Shown: positions 40,005-54,562 of the stretch, piece after piece | How positions within the stretch are numbered: position 1 is the stretch's first letter | Layout: the number at the start of each line of letters is the position of its first letter | Position numbers and translations under genes: made by a program | Notes under the pieces: generated by a model | The model's database searches: none | The model's input: the letters and a program-made list of their open reading frames with translations, nothing else | Told to the model about the DNA's origin: nothing | DNA from: Escherichia coli | GTDB taxonomy: Bacteria > Pseudomonadota > Gammaproteobacteria > Enterobacterales > Enterobacteriaceae | Assembly (NCBI RefSeq): GCF_030013595.1 | Contig: NZ_CP122768.1 | DNA length: 64,000 nt | Reading direction: 5' to 3' (one strand)

Positions 40005-42562
40005 CGTCCACCTCCGGAGAACAGTCCACCATCACGCATCTGTGTCTGAATTTCATCACGGGCACCCTTGCGGGCCATGTCATACACCGCCTTCAGAGCA
40101 GCCGGACCTATCTGCCCGTTCGTGCCGTCGTTGTTAATCACCACATGGTTATTCTGCTCAAACGTCCCGGACGCCTGCGACCGGCTGTCAGCCAGACTGC
40201 CCGGTGTACCGACATAACCACCGGTGGCATAGCCGCGCATCAGCCGGTAGAGATTCCCCACGCCAATCCGGCTGGTTGCCTCCTTTGTGAAGACAAATTC
40301 ACCACGGTGAACAATCCCCGCTGGCTCATATTTGCCGCCGGTTCCCGTAAATCCTCCGGTTGCAAAATGGAATTTCGCCGCAGCGGCCTGAATGGCTGTA
40401 CCGCCTGACGCGGATGCGCCGCCACCAACAGCCCCGCCAATAGCGCTGCCGATACTCCCGACAATCCCCACCATTGCCTGCTTAAGCAGAATTTCTGTCA
40501 TCATGGACAGCACGGAACGGGTGAAGCTGCGCCAGTTCTGCTCACTGCCGGTCAGCATCGCCGCCATATTCTGTGCAATACCATCAAAGGTCTGCGTGGC
40601 TGCACTTTTTACCTGCGACATACTGTCCGTGGCGCTCTCTTCCCACTCACTCCAGCCGGACTTCAGGCCTGCCATCCAGCTCCCGCGAAGCTGGTCTTCA
40701 GCCGCCCAGGTCTTTTTCTGCTCTGACATGACGTTATTCAGCGCCAGCGGATTATCGCCATACTGTTCCTTCAGGCGCTGTTCCGTGGCTTCCCGTTCTG
40801 CCTGCCGGTCAGTCAGCCCCCGGCTTTTCGCATCAATGGCGGCCCGTTTTGCCCGTTGCTGCTGTGCGAATTTATCCGCCTGCTGCGCCAGCGCGTTCAG
40901 GCGCTCCTGATACGTAACCTTGTCGCCAAGTGCAGCCAGCTGGAGTTTGTACTCCAGCGTCTCATCTTTATGCGCCAGCAGGGATTTCTCCTGTGCAGAC
41001 AGCTGGCGACGTTGCGCCGCCTCCTCCAGTACCGCGAACTGACTCTCCGCCTTCCACAAATCCCGGCGCTGCTGGCTGATTTTCTCATTTGCTCCGGCAT
41101 GCTTCTCCAGCGTCCGGAGTTCAGCCTGAAGCGTCAGCAGGGCAGCATGAGCACTGTCTTCCTGACGATCGCCCGCAGACACCTTCACGCCGGACTGTTT
41201 CGGCTTTTTCAGCGTCGCTTCATAGTCCTTTTTCGCCGCCGCCATCAGCGTGTTGTAATCTGCCTGCAGAATTTTCCCGTCCTTCAGTGCCTTGTTCAGT
41301 TCTTCCTGACGGGCGGTATATTTCTCCAGCGGCGTCTGCAGCCGTTCGTAAGCTTTCTGCGCCTCTTCGGTATATTTCAGCCGTGACGCTTCAGTATCGC
41401 TCTGCTGCTGCGCATTTTTGTCCTGTTGACTCTGCTGTTCAGCCTTCTTTCTCGCGGCTTCAAGCGCAAGACGGGCCTTTTCACGATCATCCCAGTAACG
41501 CGCCCGCGCTTCATCGTTAACAAAATAATCATCCTTGCGCAGACTCCAGATGTCGTCCGCTTTCTTAAACGCAGCCTCTGCCTTAATCAGCATCTCCTGA
41601 GCGGTATCAGGACGACCAATATCCAGCACCGCATCCCACATGGATTTGAATGCCCGCGCTGTCCTGTCTGCCCAGGTCTCCAGCGTACCCATGTTCTCTT
41701 TCAGGCGGCGGGTCTGGTCATCAAACCCTTTCGTCGCGGCCTCGTTCGCCGCCTGCAATGCCCCGGCTTCATCGCCGGAACGCTGCAACTGAGCAACATA
41801 CGCAATCTGCTCCGCCGTCACGTTATGGAACTGGCGTGCCATCGCTGTCAGCCCTGACGTCGGGTCTGTGGTCAGCTTCCCGAAGGCTTCAGCGACCTTG
41901 TCCACCTCCACGCCGGATGCAGAGGAGAAACGCGCCACACTCTGGCTGATGGATGCAATCTGAGCCTCACCGCTTACTCCCGCCTTAACCAGTGCGCTGA
42001 GTGACTCGCTGGTCTGGTTAAACGTCAGCCCTGCCGCCTGCCCGGCTCTGGACAGGACCAGCATACGATCTGCCGTCAGACCCGACTGATTGCCGGAAAG
42101 GACCAGCGTTTTGTTGAAATCGGACAGGGTTGAGTTGCCCTGATACCAGGCATACGCCAGCGCACCGGTCGCCACCGCCAGCGAGGTGGCCCCGACCATC
42201 GGCAGGGTGATCGCACCGGCAAGCCCCCTGAACATGGGGATCATCCCGCCGAAGGAGTCCTTCACCTGACCACCCTGTTGCAGCAGGATCAGCCACGGAC
42301 TTTGCCCGCCTGCAAGCTGCGTGGCCACGTCGGTGAACTGCGCAGGCAGCATACGCATGGCAGCTTTATACTGCCCGACGGAAATCCCCGCTTTCTGTGC
42401 AGCCAGCGCCTGTCGGCTCAGCGACTGTTCAACGACTGCCGCTGTTTTTTTCGCATCACTTTCCGTACCGGAAAAATGACGCCTGACTCTGGCCATCTGC
42501 TCGTCAAATCTGGCCGCATCCAGACTTAAATCAACGACCAGATCGCCTACCGGTTCAGCCAT
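40001..42562 (-). CDS. H: tail tape measure protein H
   Basis: 853 aa, same length as lambda gpH; coiled-coil rich. Confidence 0.9.
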   Translation of the reverse strand: MAEPVGDLVVDLSLDAARFDEQMARVRRHFSGTESDAKKTAAVVEQSLSRQALAAQKAGISVGQYKAAMRMLPAQFTDVATQLAGGQSPWLILLQQGGQVKDSFGGMIPMFRGLAGAITLPMVGATSLAVATGALAYAWYQGNSTLSDFNKTLVLSGNQSGLTADRMLVLSRAGQAAGLTFNQTSESLSALVKAGVSGEAQIASISQSVARFSSASGVEVDKVAEAFGKLTTDPTSGLTAMARQFHNVTAEQIAYVAQLQRSGDEAGALQAANEAATKGFDDQTRRLKENMGTLETWADRTARAFKSMWDAVLDIGRPDTAQEMLIKAEAAFKKADDIWSLRKDDYFVNDEARARYWDDREKARLALEAARKKAEQQSQQDKNAQQQSDTEASRLKYTEEAQKAYERLQTPLEKYTARQEELNKALKDGKILQADYNTLMAAAKKDYEATLKKPKQSGVKVSAGDRQEDSAHAALLTLQAELRTLEKHAGANEKISQQRRDLWKAESQFAVLEEAAQRRQLSAQEKSLLAHKDETLEYKLQLAALGDKVTYQERLNALAQQADKFAQQQRAKRAAIDAKSRGLTDRQAEREATEQRLKEQYGDNPLALNNVMSEQKKTWAAEDQLRGSWMAGLKSGWSEWEESATDSMSQVKSAATQTFDGIAQNMAAMLTGSEQNWRSFTRSVLSMMTEILLKQAMVGIVGSIGSAIGGAVGGGASASGGTAIQAAAAKFHFATGGFTGTGGKYEPAGIVHRGEFVFTKEATSRIGVGNLYRLMRGYATGGYVGTPGSLADSRSQASGTFEQNNHVVINNDGTNGQIGPAALKAVYDMARKGARDEIQTQMRDGGLFSGGGR

Positions 42563-42989
42563 ACCGGACTCCTCCTGCGATCCCTTCTGATACTGTCATC
42601 AGCATTACGTCATCCTCCGTCATGTCCGCCACATCCGGGGAAACGGGGATAACTTCATTCACGTCCGGGCCAAAGCGGACGCCTCCGGCAAGCCCTGCCG
42701 CTTTCTGCATCAGCACATCATCTTCAGGCTCTTCGTCAGCCTCACGCCGGTTCAGCAGACTGAAATCCAGCGGATGCATATCCGGATCGCTGAAAAACAG
42801 GCTGAGCACGGTGTACGTCAGCCCGGAAAAGTGCATATCCAGCAGAACATCATGAAAATAATGGGTACTGTAAAAGCGGTGCCAGTCGGCATACTCCGTG
42901 GATGACATCCCGGCAAGCATGGCACGCCAGTCGGGTCGCCCCATCTCGCGCGCCAGTTTCAGGGCAAAGCTCAGCTCACCGTCGAACAC
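42555..42989 (-). CDS. T: tail assembly chaperone T (made as G-T fusion by -1 frameshift)
   Basis: 144 aa ORF overlapping the 3' end of G in the -1 frame. Confidence 0.8.
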   Translation of the reverse strand: MFDGELSFALKLAREMGRPDWRAMLAGMSSTEYADWHRFYSTHYFHDVLLDMHFSGLTYTVLSLFFSDPDMHPLDFSLLNRREADEEPEDDVLMQKAAGLAGGVRFGPDVNEVIPVSPDVADMTEDDVMLMTVSEGIAGGVRYG

Positions 42990-43393
42990 TTTCCCGCAGA
43001 AACAGGCTCTGCAGGCCCGGCGTCCTCTGCCTGTTCAGGGGCATCATTCACCACAAACTCATACATACCGGACAGCCGGTACACCACGTTTTCAGCATGA
43101 GAAATTGCCTCTGTGGGCCAGGTGGTAAGCACTTCCTGCTCAATCTGTTTAACGGCTTCATTCATGGAAGGCTGCTTTGTCTTCTGCGGATGGTTATGCC
43201 ACAGGGACATAGCCACCACAAAAGCACCGGTTCTGATGGCGTCTTCCACAGTAAACTTCCGGTTGCTGTCTGACTCCGCCTGTTCTGCCTGCCGTTTCAT
43301 CAGGGCGAGATGCTCAATACGCTGCAGGGCTGACAGTTCAGAAAGCGTGACGGTCACGCCGTTATGTTCAAATGATTCGGTTTTCAGGAACAT
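42971..43393 (-). CDS. G: tail assembly chaperone G
   Basis: 140 aa, lambda gpG-like. Confidence 0.9.
   Translation of the reverse strand: MFLKTESFEHNGVTVTLSELSALQRIEHLALMKRQAEQAESDSNRKFTVEDAIRTGAFVVAMSLWHNHPQKTKQPSMNEAVKQIEQEVLTTWPTEAISHAENVVYRLSGMYEFVVNDAPEQAEDAGPAEPVSAGKCSTVS
42989..42995 (-). promoter_or_regulatory. programmed -1 ribosomal frameshift slippery heptamer for G-T
   Basis: minus-strand GGGAAAG at the G/T overlap, as in lambda. Confidence 0.6.
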
Positions 43394-43408
43394 CGCTGAC
43401 TCTCCGGA

Positions 43409-44149
43409 TTAACTGTCGGTGACAGTGATTTCTGCAACCGCAGCAAGTTCACCATTACCGGATACAACCGGAATGTTGACCTTACCTGCAGCAACGCCTT
43501 TCACGGTGATGGTCATACCACTGACCGACACGGTGGCTTTTGTTTTATCCGCAGACACCGCACGAAAGCTCTTGTCGGTTACGCCCTCCGGCTGGAAGGC
43601 CACGGTCAGCGTGGTGCTCTGCCCTTTCACCACCGAGGTGCTGGCAGGCGTCACGGTCATGCCGGTTGCCGCTGTTACCGTGCTGCGATCTTCTGCCATC
43701 GACGGACGTCCCACATTGGTGACTTTCACCGTGCGGGTGATCACTTCCTTCGCCGTCACCGCCTTACCGATACTGCTGACCCAGCCACGGAACACATCGA
43801 CCGTGCCGTTCGGGAAGCGGATTTTATAGGCACGGGTATCGCCTTCATTAAACCACGCCAGCAGCGCCTGCTGCCCCTGCTCTCCGGGCATCCACGCCAG
43901 CGTGAAGCTGGTATCTCCGGCAGATTTCTGCCCCTGCCCGGTCGCAGTCCAGTCTGCATCTTCATCATCGAGATAGCTGTCGTCATAGGACTCAGCGGTC
44001 AGTTCGCCGGGCGTCAGGTCTTTAACTTTTGCCAGACGCGACCAGTCAACGTCTGAAAGCGGATTCGCATAAGGGTCACCGCTCCCCTTATAAACCCACA
44101 GGGTGGTCCCGGCACCTTTCACCGGCATTACAGGATTTGGTACAGGCAT
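43409..44149 (-). CDS. V: major tail tube protein V
   Basis: 246 aa from [10 protein letters not shown], lambda gpV-like. Confidence 0.9.
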   Translation of the reverse strand: MPVPNPVMPVKGAGTTLWVYKGSGDPYANPLSDVDWSRLAKVKDLTPGELTAESYDDSYLDDEDADWTATGQGQKSAGDTSFTLAWMPGEQGQQALLAWFNEGDTRAYKIRFPNGTVDVFRGWVSSIGKAVTAKEVITRTVKVTNVGRPSMAEDRSTVTAATGMTVTPASTSVVKGQSTTLTVAFQPEGVTDKSFRAVSADKTKATVSVSGMTITVKGVAAGKVNIPVVSGNGELAAVAEITVTDS

Positions 44150-44156
44150 AGCGTCC

Positions 44157-44552
44157 TCACATTTCATAGGTAATGACATAAGTCAGATCGGCTGAACTCC
44201 ACAGGCCCGCATCATCGTCGCGCCGGTAGTCATAGCCGCTGGCCACCATACTGGTGATCAAATCTGACAGTGCCGGGATATCGCTCATCACCGGATAAAT
44301 CCGGGACTCCATCCACGCATCCAGCTCTGAATCCGGCACCTGAGCAGGCAGGAAAACTTCGATATGCAGCTCCGCCTGCCAGGTATCGCTGTCCAGCTCT
44401 TCGCCCGTGTATTCAGCGCCGGTGAGATAAACGGCAACTGCCGGAAAATCCGCCTCATCAAAAACAGCGGGGCGACCATCAAAAAACGTCGCCCCGGTGT
44501 CATGCTTCTCCAGTGCATCCAGTACGGCTGCACGGAGTTCAGTATGTTTCAT
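44157..44552 (-). CDS. U: tail terminator protein U
   Basis: 131 aa, lambda gpU-like. Confidence 0.9.
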   Translation of the reverse strand: MKHTELRAAVLDALEKHDTGATFFDGRPAVFDEADFPAVAVYLTGAEYTGEELDSDTWQAELHIEVFLPAQVPDSELDAWMESRIYPVMSDIPALSDLITSMVASGYDYRRDDDAGLWSSADLTYVITYEM

Positions 44553-45127
44553 CGCTTTATTACCATCCTCAGTTGATGCTGCAGCGCATAGCCCAGCTCT
44601 TTCGGAAGACGTTCACGCCGTATCCGCTCAATATTTTGTTTAAACGCCGTGGTCAGCGGCACCGCCATCGGGATTTTCACCACATCAATGGGGTAACGGT
44701 TTTTCCCGGCCACACGCTGCATGACATGCCACCGGCCATTTTTCAGTTGCTGAATAAACGCGCCGGGAATACGACGGTTTCCCACCACAAGCACGCTGCC
44801 GCCACCTTTCAGGGCTGAACGCTGCCCCTTTTTACGACGCCTGCGTCGGGACAGGACAATCCGCGCGTTACCCAGCTTTATTACGGGCAAATCCCCCCGG
44901 TTAACCTTGATTCTGGCCTGCGGATTTTTGACCGTGGCCCTTTTCAGCCTGGCCCTTTCCTTTACCAGTTTCCGGCGTACCTTTGTCTCACGGGCAACCT
45001 GTGACGCCGACTGCGATATCGCGGATGAAGCAACGCGGTTAATGGCCATTGCGGCGGCACCGGGCACCGCCGTTCTGCTGATACGGCTGAGGTTTTCAAC
45101 GGCCTGCTCAAGACCTTTTATGGCCAT
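44549..45127 (-). CDS. Z: tail completion protein Z
   Basis: 192 aa, lambda gpZ size and position. Confidence 0.85.
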   Translation of the reverse strand: MAIKGLEQAVENLSRISRTAVPGAAAMAINRVASSAISQSASQVARETKVRRKLVKERARLKRATVKNPQARIKVNRGDLPVIKLGNARIVLSRRRRRKKGQRSALKGGGSVLVVGNRRIPGAFIQQLKNGRWHVMQRVAGKNRYPIDVVKIPMAVPLTTAFKQNIERIRRERLPKELGYALQHQLRMVIKR

Positions 45128-45138
45128 ACATCCCCCTT

Positions 45139-45492
45139 TCAGCGGCGACGGTTAACGGCAGGCGGTACGCCCCGCCCAAGCCAGAGATGACAGCTTCCGC
45201 CATCATCCGGCGAAATCCGGTCCACCCAGAAGTTTTCCTCGCCGATGGTCAGTGTGTCTCCACGCCGCAGCTGCCGCACATCATCAGTCCGGACAAACAG
45301 GGACGGGCTGGAGCCTTCAACGCGCACCCCCTGTCCGGCATAGCTGATATTTTCAGGGTCATCAAAAACACCACGTATCACAGCACCGGACAGCTCACCG
45401 GATGTCATGGTGGCTGACGTTCCCATGTACCCGCGTATCGTTTCATCGGCGCGGGCAATGGCAGCATCGAACAGGTTATCGGAATCAGCCAC
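45139..45492 (-). CDS. FII: head-tail joining protein FII
   Basis: 117 aa, lambda gpFII size and position. Confidence 0.85.
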   Translation of the reverse strand: MADSDNLFDAAIARADETIRGYMGTSATMTSGELSGAVIRGVFDDPENISYAGQGVRVEGSSPSLFVRTDDVRQLRRGDTLTIGEENFWVDRISPDDGGSCHLWLGRGVPPAVNRRR

Positions 45493-45503
45493 AGCGCCTC
45501 CCG

Positions 45504-45899
45504 TTATTGCATTCTGGCCAGGCCATGTTCTGTCATTTCGGCTGCCACACCGGCAGAGACACGAAACGCCGTTCCCGGCAGCACAAATGCCACAGGCTCA
45601 TCCCGCGTGGCGTGAAGTGCATCAGTATGCAGCGTCACCAGTGCCACGACCGTGACCAGAGCAGCCGTATCAATCACGGTATCCGGCTGCGCTGATACCA
45701 CCTCATTTTCATGCCCGGTCAGCGCATTTTCCGGGCTGACAGATGTGTCCTGACCGGCAGCGTCATCCGTGTCATCAAGCTCCTCTTCCAGCTCTGCCAC
45801 ACGGAGTGCCAGTTCTTCTTTCGTCCCCGTCAGGCTGACATCACGGTTCAGTTGCTCACCCAGCACCTGAAGACGGGCAATCAGTTCATCTTTCGTCAT
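45504..45899 (-). CDS. FI: DNA packaging protein FI
   Basis: start taken at MTKDELIARL; lambda gpFI-like. Confidence 0.8.
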   Translation of the reverse strand: MTKDELIARLQVLGEQLNRDVSLTGTKEELALRVAELEEELDDTDDAAGQDTSVSPENALTGHENEVVSAQPDTVIDTAALVTVVALVTLHTDALHATRDEPVAFVLPGTAFRVSAGVAAEMTEHGLARMQ

Positions 45900-45940
45900 G
45901 GACTCCTCCACAGAGAGAAAATGGCCCCGAAGGGCCATGA

Positions 45941-46966
45941 TTACGCCAGTTGTACGGACACGAACGCATCAGGGTCAGCCAGCAGCATCAGCGGTGCTGA
46001 CTGAATCATGGTGAACTCACGCGCCGGATCGCCGGTGGTCACCCAGTTTTTCGGGTAGCGGGCAGAGGCGTTAATACCTTCGCGCTGTGCGTCCGCATCC
46101 TGAATGCAGCCATAGGTGCGCAGACCGCGTGCCTGAGTGTTCCCCAGCACCATCGTGTTGTCCGGAAGGAAGTTCTTTTTGACGTCGTTTTCCACATACT
46201 GTCCGGAATACACGACGATCGCCGTATCGCCATACATCCCCTTATAGGACACCGCTTCGCCCAGGTCTTTTACCGCTGTCTCCAGCTCGGAATTAGAGCC
46301 GCGACGGGTATCCAGCTTCTCCCTGACGGCTTTGAAGGAACGGAACAGCGCCCAGCCTTTCGGATCAAACACGATGATATTCACCACACCGCTGGCGTTC
46401 AGCGCGTAGGCTTCGATATCGTCGGTCGGGTCATACGTGGACTTGTCACGCTTGCTCCACTCCGTACCGCCGGACTGCGTGATGTTGTTCGCCACACTGC
46501 GGCCCATATCCACTTCAACCGGATCGAAGGCTTCACCGGTCATGGTGTATTTGCCCTTAAGCACGGCAGAAACTGCCTGCATCTCTTCGACCTGAGCAAT
46601 GGCCAGCTCTTCGTCTCGCATGTTCTGCAGGATGATGCGACGGCGGCGGTAAGCCGGGTCCGCCAGATTCTGTGGATCTTCATCCGGCAGGCGACGCAGG
46701 GTCATCTGCGGATTCACCTCATGCTTGGGTTTGACATATCCCGGTGTAAATTCAGAGGTGGAGCCGCCACGGGAGCGGATAACCTCACCGGAAACAATCG
46801 GCGAAACGTACAGCGCCATGTTTACCAGTCCCGGAATTTGTGAGAGATAGACTTTCTCCGTGGTGAAGGGATAGCTCTCACGGAAAAAGAGACGCAGAAA
46901 CAGCGGATCAAACTTAAATTTCTTCTCATTTGCCGCCAGCAGCTGGGCGGTTGTGTACATCGACAT
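45941..46966 (-). CDS. E: major capsid protein E
   Basis: 341 aa from MSMYTTAQLL, lambda gpE-like. Confidence 0.9.
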   Translation of the reverse strand: MSMYTTAQLLAANEKKFKFDPLFLRLFFRESYPFTTEKVYLSQIPGLVNMALYVSPIVSGEVIRSRGGSTSEFTPGYVKPKHEVNPQMTLRRLPDEDPQNLADPAYRRRRIILQNMRDEELAIAQVEEMQAVSAVLKGKYTMTGEAFDPVEVDMGRSVANNITQSGGTEWSKRDKSTYDPTDDIEAYALNASGVVNIIVFDPKGWALFRSFKAVREKLDTRRGSNSELETAVKDLGEAVSYKGMYGDTAIVVYSGQYVENDVKKNFLPDNTMVLGNTQARGLRTYGCIQDADAQREGINASARYPKNWVTTGDPAREFTMIQSAPLMLLADPDAFVSVQLA

Positions 46967-47021
46967 AAAAAAATCCCGTAAAAAAAGCCGCACAGGCGGC
47001 CTTTAGTGATGAAGGGTAAGG

Positions 47022-47354
47022 TTAAACGATGCTGATTGCCGTTCCGGCAAACGCGGTCCGTTTTTTCGTCTCGTCGCTGGCAGCCTCCGGCCAGAGCACA
47101 TCCTCATAACGGAACGTGCCGGACTTGTAGTACGTCAGCGTGGTGCTGGTCTGGTCAGCATCAACCGCCAGAATGCCAACGGCAGCACCGTCGGTGGTGC
47201 CATCCCACGCAACCAGCTTACGGGTGGAGGTATCCAGCATCAGCGGGGTCATTGCAGGCGCTTTCGCACTCAATCCGCCGGGCGCGGTTGCCGTATGTGC
47301 CGGGTCACTGTTGCCCAGCGGCTGGTAATGGGTAAAGGTTTCTTTGCTCGTCAT
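47022..47354 (-). CDS. D: head decoration protein D
   Basis: 110 aa from [10 protein letters not shown], lambda gpD-like. Confidence 0.9.
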   Translation of the reverse strand: MTSKETFTHYQPLGNSDPAHTATAPGGLSAKAPAMTPLMLDTSTRKLVAWDGTTDGAAVGILAVDADQTSTTLTYYKSGTFRYEDVLWPEAASDETKKRTAFAGTAISIV

Positions 47355-47363
47355 AAACATCCC

Positions 47364-48663
47364 TTACACTGGTGTGTTCAGCAAATCGTTAACGGCATCA
47401 GATGCCGGGTTACCTGCAGCCAGCGGTGCCGGTGCCCCCTGCATCAGACGATCCAGCGCAGTGTCACTGCGCGCCTGTGCACTCTGTGGTGCAGCTGCCA
47501 GAATGCGGCGGGCCGTTTCCACGGTCATACCGGGGGTTTCGGCCAGCACGCGTGCCTGTTCTTCACGTCCGTGAGCCTCCTCACAGTTGAGGATCCCCAT
47601 AATGCGACTGTTTTCTGCCGCAACCGCTGCGGTGATCTGCGCGTTTACGTCCGGCTGCGCCGCGCTGGCGTTCTCGCCCTCCGTCGCTTGCACCACGCCA
47701 GTAACGTCAGCCTGCGAAGCAGTGGCTGAAACAGTTGTTGATTGAGTCTCTTTGGTCATTCGCCCTCCTGAGAGACGGGATTTACGTGCATCCAGTGCAT
47801 CACGCATGACGGTGATCGCATCGGTACTGTTAACAAGTTCATCAGCCAGTCCGGCATCAATGGCCTCCTGACCGCTGTACACTGCAGCCTCGGTATCCAG
47901 CACAGCCTGCACAGACAGGCCGGTATATGCCGACACCTTCTGTGCAAACATCCGGCGGGTTGCATCCATCCGGGACTGCAGTGTTTCCCGGACATCATCC
48001 GGTAGATGGCTGTAGGGGTTGCCATCCACCTTATGGCTGCCGCTGTAAATCAGCGTGATTTCCACGCCCTGTTTCTCCAGCGCAGCGCCGTAATTACTGT
48101 GAGCCATCATGACGCCGATGGAGCCTGTCCGGGCGGTCTGCGTGACCAGACGCCGGGAGGCGGCACTGGCAAGCAGCTGACCTGCGCTGCAGTTCATGTC
48201 ATTGGCCAGCGCCCATACCGGCTTTATGTCACGCACACGGGCGATGATGTCAGCGCAGTCAAATGCCCCCGCCACCATTCCGCCTGGCGTATCCATATCG
48301 AGCAGAATGCCGTCCACCATCGGGTCACTGGCAGCCTGTTGCAGACGGGCGATAATGCCGTTGTAACCGGTCATTCCCGAATACGGCTGCAGCGCCCGCG
48401 TCCGACTGACCAGCGTACCGGACACCGGCAGCACGGCGATGCCGTTCATGACCTGATAACTGCGGGCCTGTCGTGGTCCGTCATCATCACCGGATAACGC
48501 CAGCGCCGCGGGTGCCTCTCCGGCAGTCAGGCTGTCGCCGGATACTGCATCCGTCAGGCGGCTGATCCCAAGCTGGCCTGCAAGCGCACAAAAGAAAACC
48601 CGCGCATAGGCGGGTTCAAGCATCAGCGGCTCATTAAAAGCCATGCTGGCAATATGCGGGAGA

Positions 48664-48683
<20 letters not shown>
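47364..48683 (-). CDS. C: prohead protease / scaffold protein C (S49 family)
   Basis: 439 aa with GTG start (VTAELRNL), lambda gpC-like; overlaps B. Confidence 0.85.
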
Positions 48684-52364
<3,681 letters not shown>

Positions 52365-52390
<26 letters not shown>

Positions 52391-52910
52391 TCAGCAACCC
52401 CGGTATCAGTTCATCCAGCGCGGCTGCTTTGTTCATGGCTTTGATGATATCCCGTTTCAGGAAATCAACATGTCGGTTTTCCAGTTCCGGAAAACGCCGC
52501 TGCACCGACAGGGGGATCCCGTCGAGAATACTGGCAATTTCACCTGCGATCCGCGACAGCACGAAAGTACAGAATGCGGTTTCCACCACTTCAGCGGAGT
52601 CTCTGGCATTCTTCAGTTCCTGTGCGTCGGCCTGCGCACGCGTAAGTCGATGGCGTTCGTACTCAATAGTCCCTGGCTGGAGATCTGCCTCGCTGGCCGC
52701 CCTGTAATCCTCAACCTCTTTACGGAGTTTTTCATTTTCGATATCAGCTTCCCTCTGCGCATACCACTGAATTGCCATGGCGGTATCAAATACAGATTCA
52801 ACGCCCTTACCACCTCCGGAGACGCAAGGGAGTCCCTGAGACTGCCAGCGTTCAATCGTTCGCGGATCCACGTTGAAAATTTCGGCAAGTTTCTTTTTAT
52901 TAACCTTCAT
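52365..52910 (-). CDS. nu1: terminase small subunit Nu1
   Basis: 181 aa; winged-HTH N-terminus; near-identical to remembered lambda Nu1. Confidence 0.9.
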
Positions 52911-53087
52911 GAAACAGTCTCACAATAAATACAGGGTCCGACATGAAAGTGCCCGAAAATGACTTTTTTATGCGTTTTCATGTCGGACCTTTTACGGATT
53001 CGATATTAGAAAAAACAAATAGTTATGTTCGAGAAGTACCGACATGATTTTCCCCGGAAAATTTTCATAAATAGCGAAAACCCGCGA

Positions 53088-53099
53088 GGTCGCCGCCCC
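53088..53099. other. cosN cohesive-end site
   Basis: AGGTCGCCGCCC is the reverse complement of the lambda 12-nt cohesive end GGGCGGCGACCT; ~190 bp upstream of Nu1 as in lambda. Confidence 0.7.
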
Positions 53100-53163
53100 G
53101 TAACCTGTTGGATCGACGGAAAGGACCCGTAAATGAGATGCTTTGTTGTTTTCTTGTTGGCTG

Positions 53164-53192
53164 TTCAACTACATGCAAGCATATGGCATAAT
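53164..53192 (+). promoter_or_regulatory. putative sigma70 promoter of the bor-locus cargo gene
   Basis: TTCAAC - 17 bp - CATAAT about 60 bp upstream of the ATG at 53253. Confidence 0.35.
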
Positions 53193-53252
53193 ATTTAATT
53201 GATAATCTAATAGTTATAAAAACTTGCCCCAAAACCTTAACGGAGACTAAGA

Positions 53253-53945
53253 ATGTCCAGAGAAGGAACGTTAGATTTATTGCAAGAAGTTGAAGAAACC
53301 GTTGAAATATTAAAAGATACGCAACAAATAAAACCAGTAAAGGTTAAATCAATACTTGAAAATTTAAGAAGCGCATTAGAATACGTTGCGAATGATAGTT
53401 ATGAAAAACATACCACTAACCAATCAACCCCTCGGCCAAAAATTTATTTCCCATACGGCGAGAAAAAATTTTTAGATGCTTTCTTTATTAAAAAATTAAA
53501 CTGCCAGCAACCTGAATTATCTCCATTATATGCAGTTTTTGTTTCAATCCAAGACTATCAAACTGGTAATAACTGGCTTGGAATGATGTGTAACCTCACG
53601 AACGAAGCAAAACATAGGCAACCAATCCCATTGAGTGAAGATAGTATTGTTCGAGGAATAGATGTTAATATCAATGGGTTTGGATTAATTAAGGCAGATG
53701 CTACATCAAAAATCATTTTCAGAGATAATTTCACCAATGGACAGAGAATTGAAGACTTCACCATTGAAAATGGTAAAGTTGAAAAATCAGGGAACGGAAT
53801 ACCCATCAATATTAACATGACCGAAGAGAAAAAAATAAGATTCCACGGTACAGATTATGAGGTTATTCCTTTTGTAGAGTTATGTCTAAAAGAAATAAGA
53901 GATTTTGTTAATGAAGCATATGAAATTTTAGATGCCATTGAATAA
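53253..53945 (+). CDS. hypothetical protein, function unknown (cargo at the bor locus)
   Basis: 230 aa ORF on the strand opposite the late operon, between cos and Rz; AT-rich; own promoter-like signals; no motif I recognise. Confidence 0.6.
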   Translation: MSREGTLDLLQEVEETVEILKDTQQIKPVKVKSILENLRSALEYVANDSYEKHTTNQSTPRPKIYFPYGEKKFLDAFFIKKLNCQQPELSPLYAVFVSIQDYQTGNNWLGMMCNLTNEAKHRQPIPLSEDSIVRGIDVNINGFGLIKADATSKIIFRDNFTNGQRIEDFTIENGKVEKSGNGIPININMTEEKKIRFHGTDYEVIPFVELCLKEIRDFVNEAYEILDAIE

Positions 53946-54040
53946 TAATGATTAAGTAACATGGCAGGTAATCTATTTAAACCGGCCATGTTACAAATCA
54001 TTGACGTAGAGAAAAAATGTAAAGTATATCCTTTATATAC

Positions 54041-54562
54041 TCAATTGTAATTTGATGTCCTCACCGACTCATAAACGCGCTCACACGTCATTCCAGCCCG
54101 GTAGCTTTCGTCAGATCGCTCAGCATAATATCGAGCTTCTTCTGCAAGGCGGCCGAGCATGTCGGCGAGCACTGCGGCGTCGGCTCCGGCTGTTTTGCTT
54201 CTGACGGCAGCGGCAAGATCTGCGGTGTGCTTTGCGGCGTCCAGGCGGGCGGCAAGCTTTGTTGCTTCGGTGCGCAGCTGGTTAACAGTGGCAGACAGGC
54301 CAGCAGCAGTGGCAGCAGATTTAGCTGCTTGTGCTTGTGCATCTTTTACAGCCTCATCACGGGCAATTATGCGCCCTTGTTCAATCATGCGGGCTGCGGT
54401 CTGCGCGTTCGCTGTTTGCGATGATTCCGCGCTGTCACGTTCCGCCCACTTTTTTTCCCAACCGCGGCTACACCATATATTTCCAGCGATAAACGCACTG
54501 GTCACTAGTACCGCGGCAACAATAAGCTGGGAGCACAGGCTCACTGGTCTATCCCCCAGCAC
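54041..54562 (-). CDS. Rz: i-spanin Rz
   Basis: N-terminal TM segment then Ala/Gln-rich coiled coil; overlaps endolysin 3' end. Confidence 0.75.
   Translation of the reverse strand: MLGDRPVSLCSQLIVAAVLVTSAFIAGNIWCSRGWEKKWAERDSAESSQTANAQTAARMIEQGRIIARDEAVKDAQAQAAKSAATAAGLSATVNQLRTEATKLAARLDAAKHTADLAAAVRSKTAGADAAVLADMLGRLAEEARYYAERSDESYRAGMTCERVYESVRTSNYN
54088..54342 (-). CDS. Rz1: o-spanin Rz1 (embedded in Rz)
   Basis: +1-frame ORF wholly inside Rz; lipobox-like LLTSC then Pro-rich mature part; true start may be downstream of the track start. Confidence 0.5.
   Translation of the reverse strand: MHKHKQLNLLPLLLACLPLLTSCAPKQQSLPPAWTPQSTPQILPLPSEAKQPEPTPQCSPTCSAALQKKLDIMLSDLTKATGLE

Noticed and set aside
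40392-41857. Several 140-180-aa plus-strand ORFs antisense to H
   Set aside because: Same reasoning: inside the conserved tape-measure gene and with Cys/Arg/Ser-rich shadow-frame composition.
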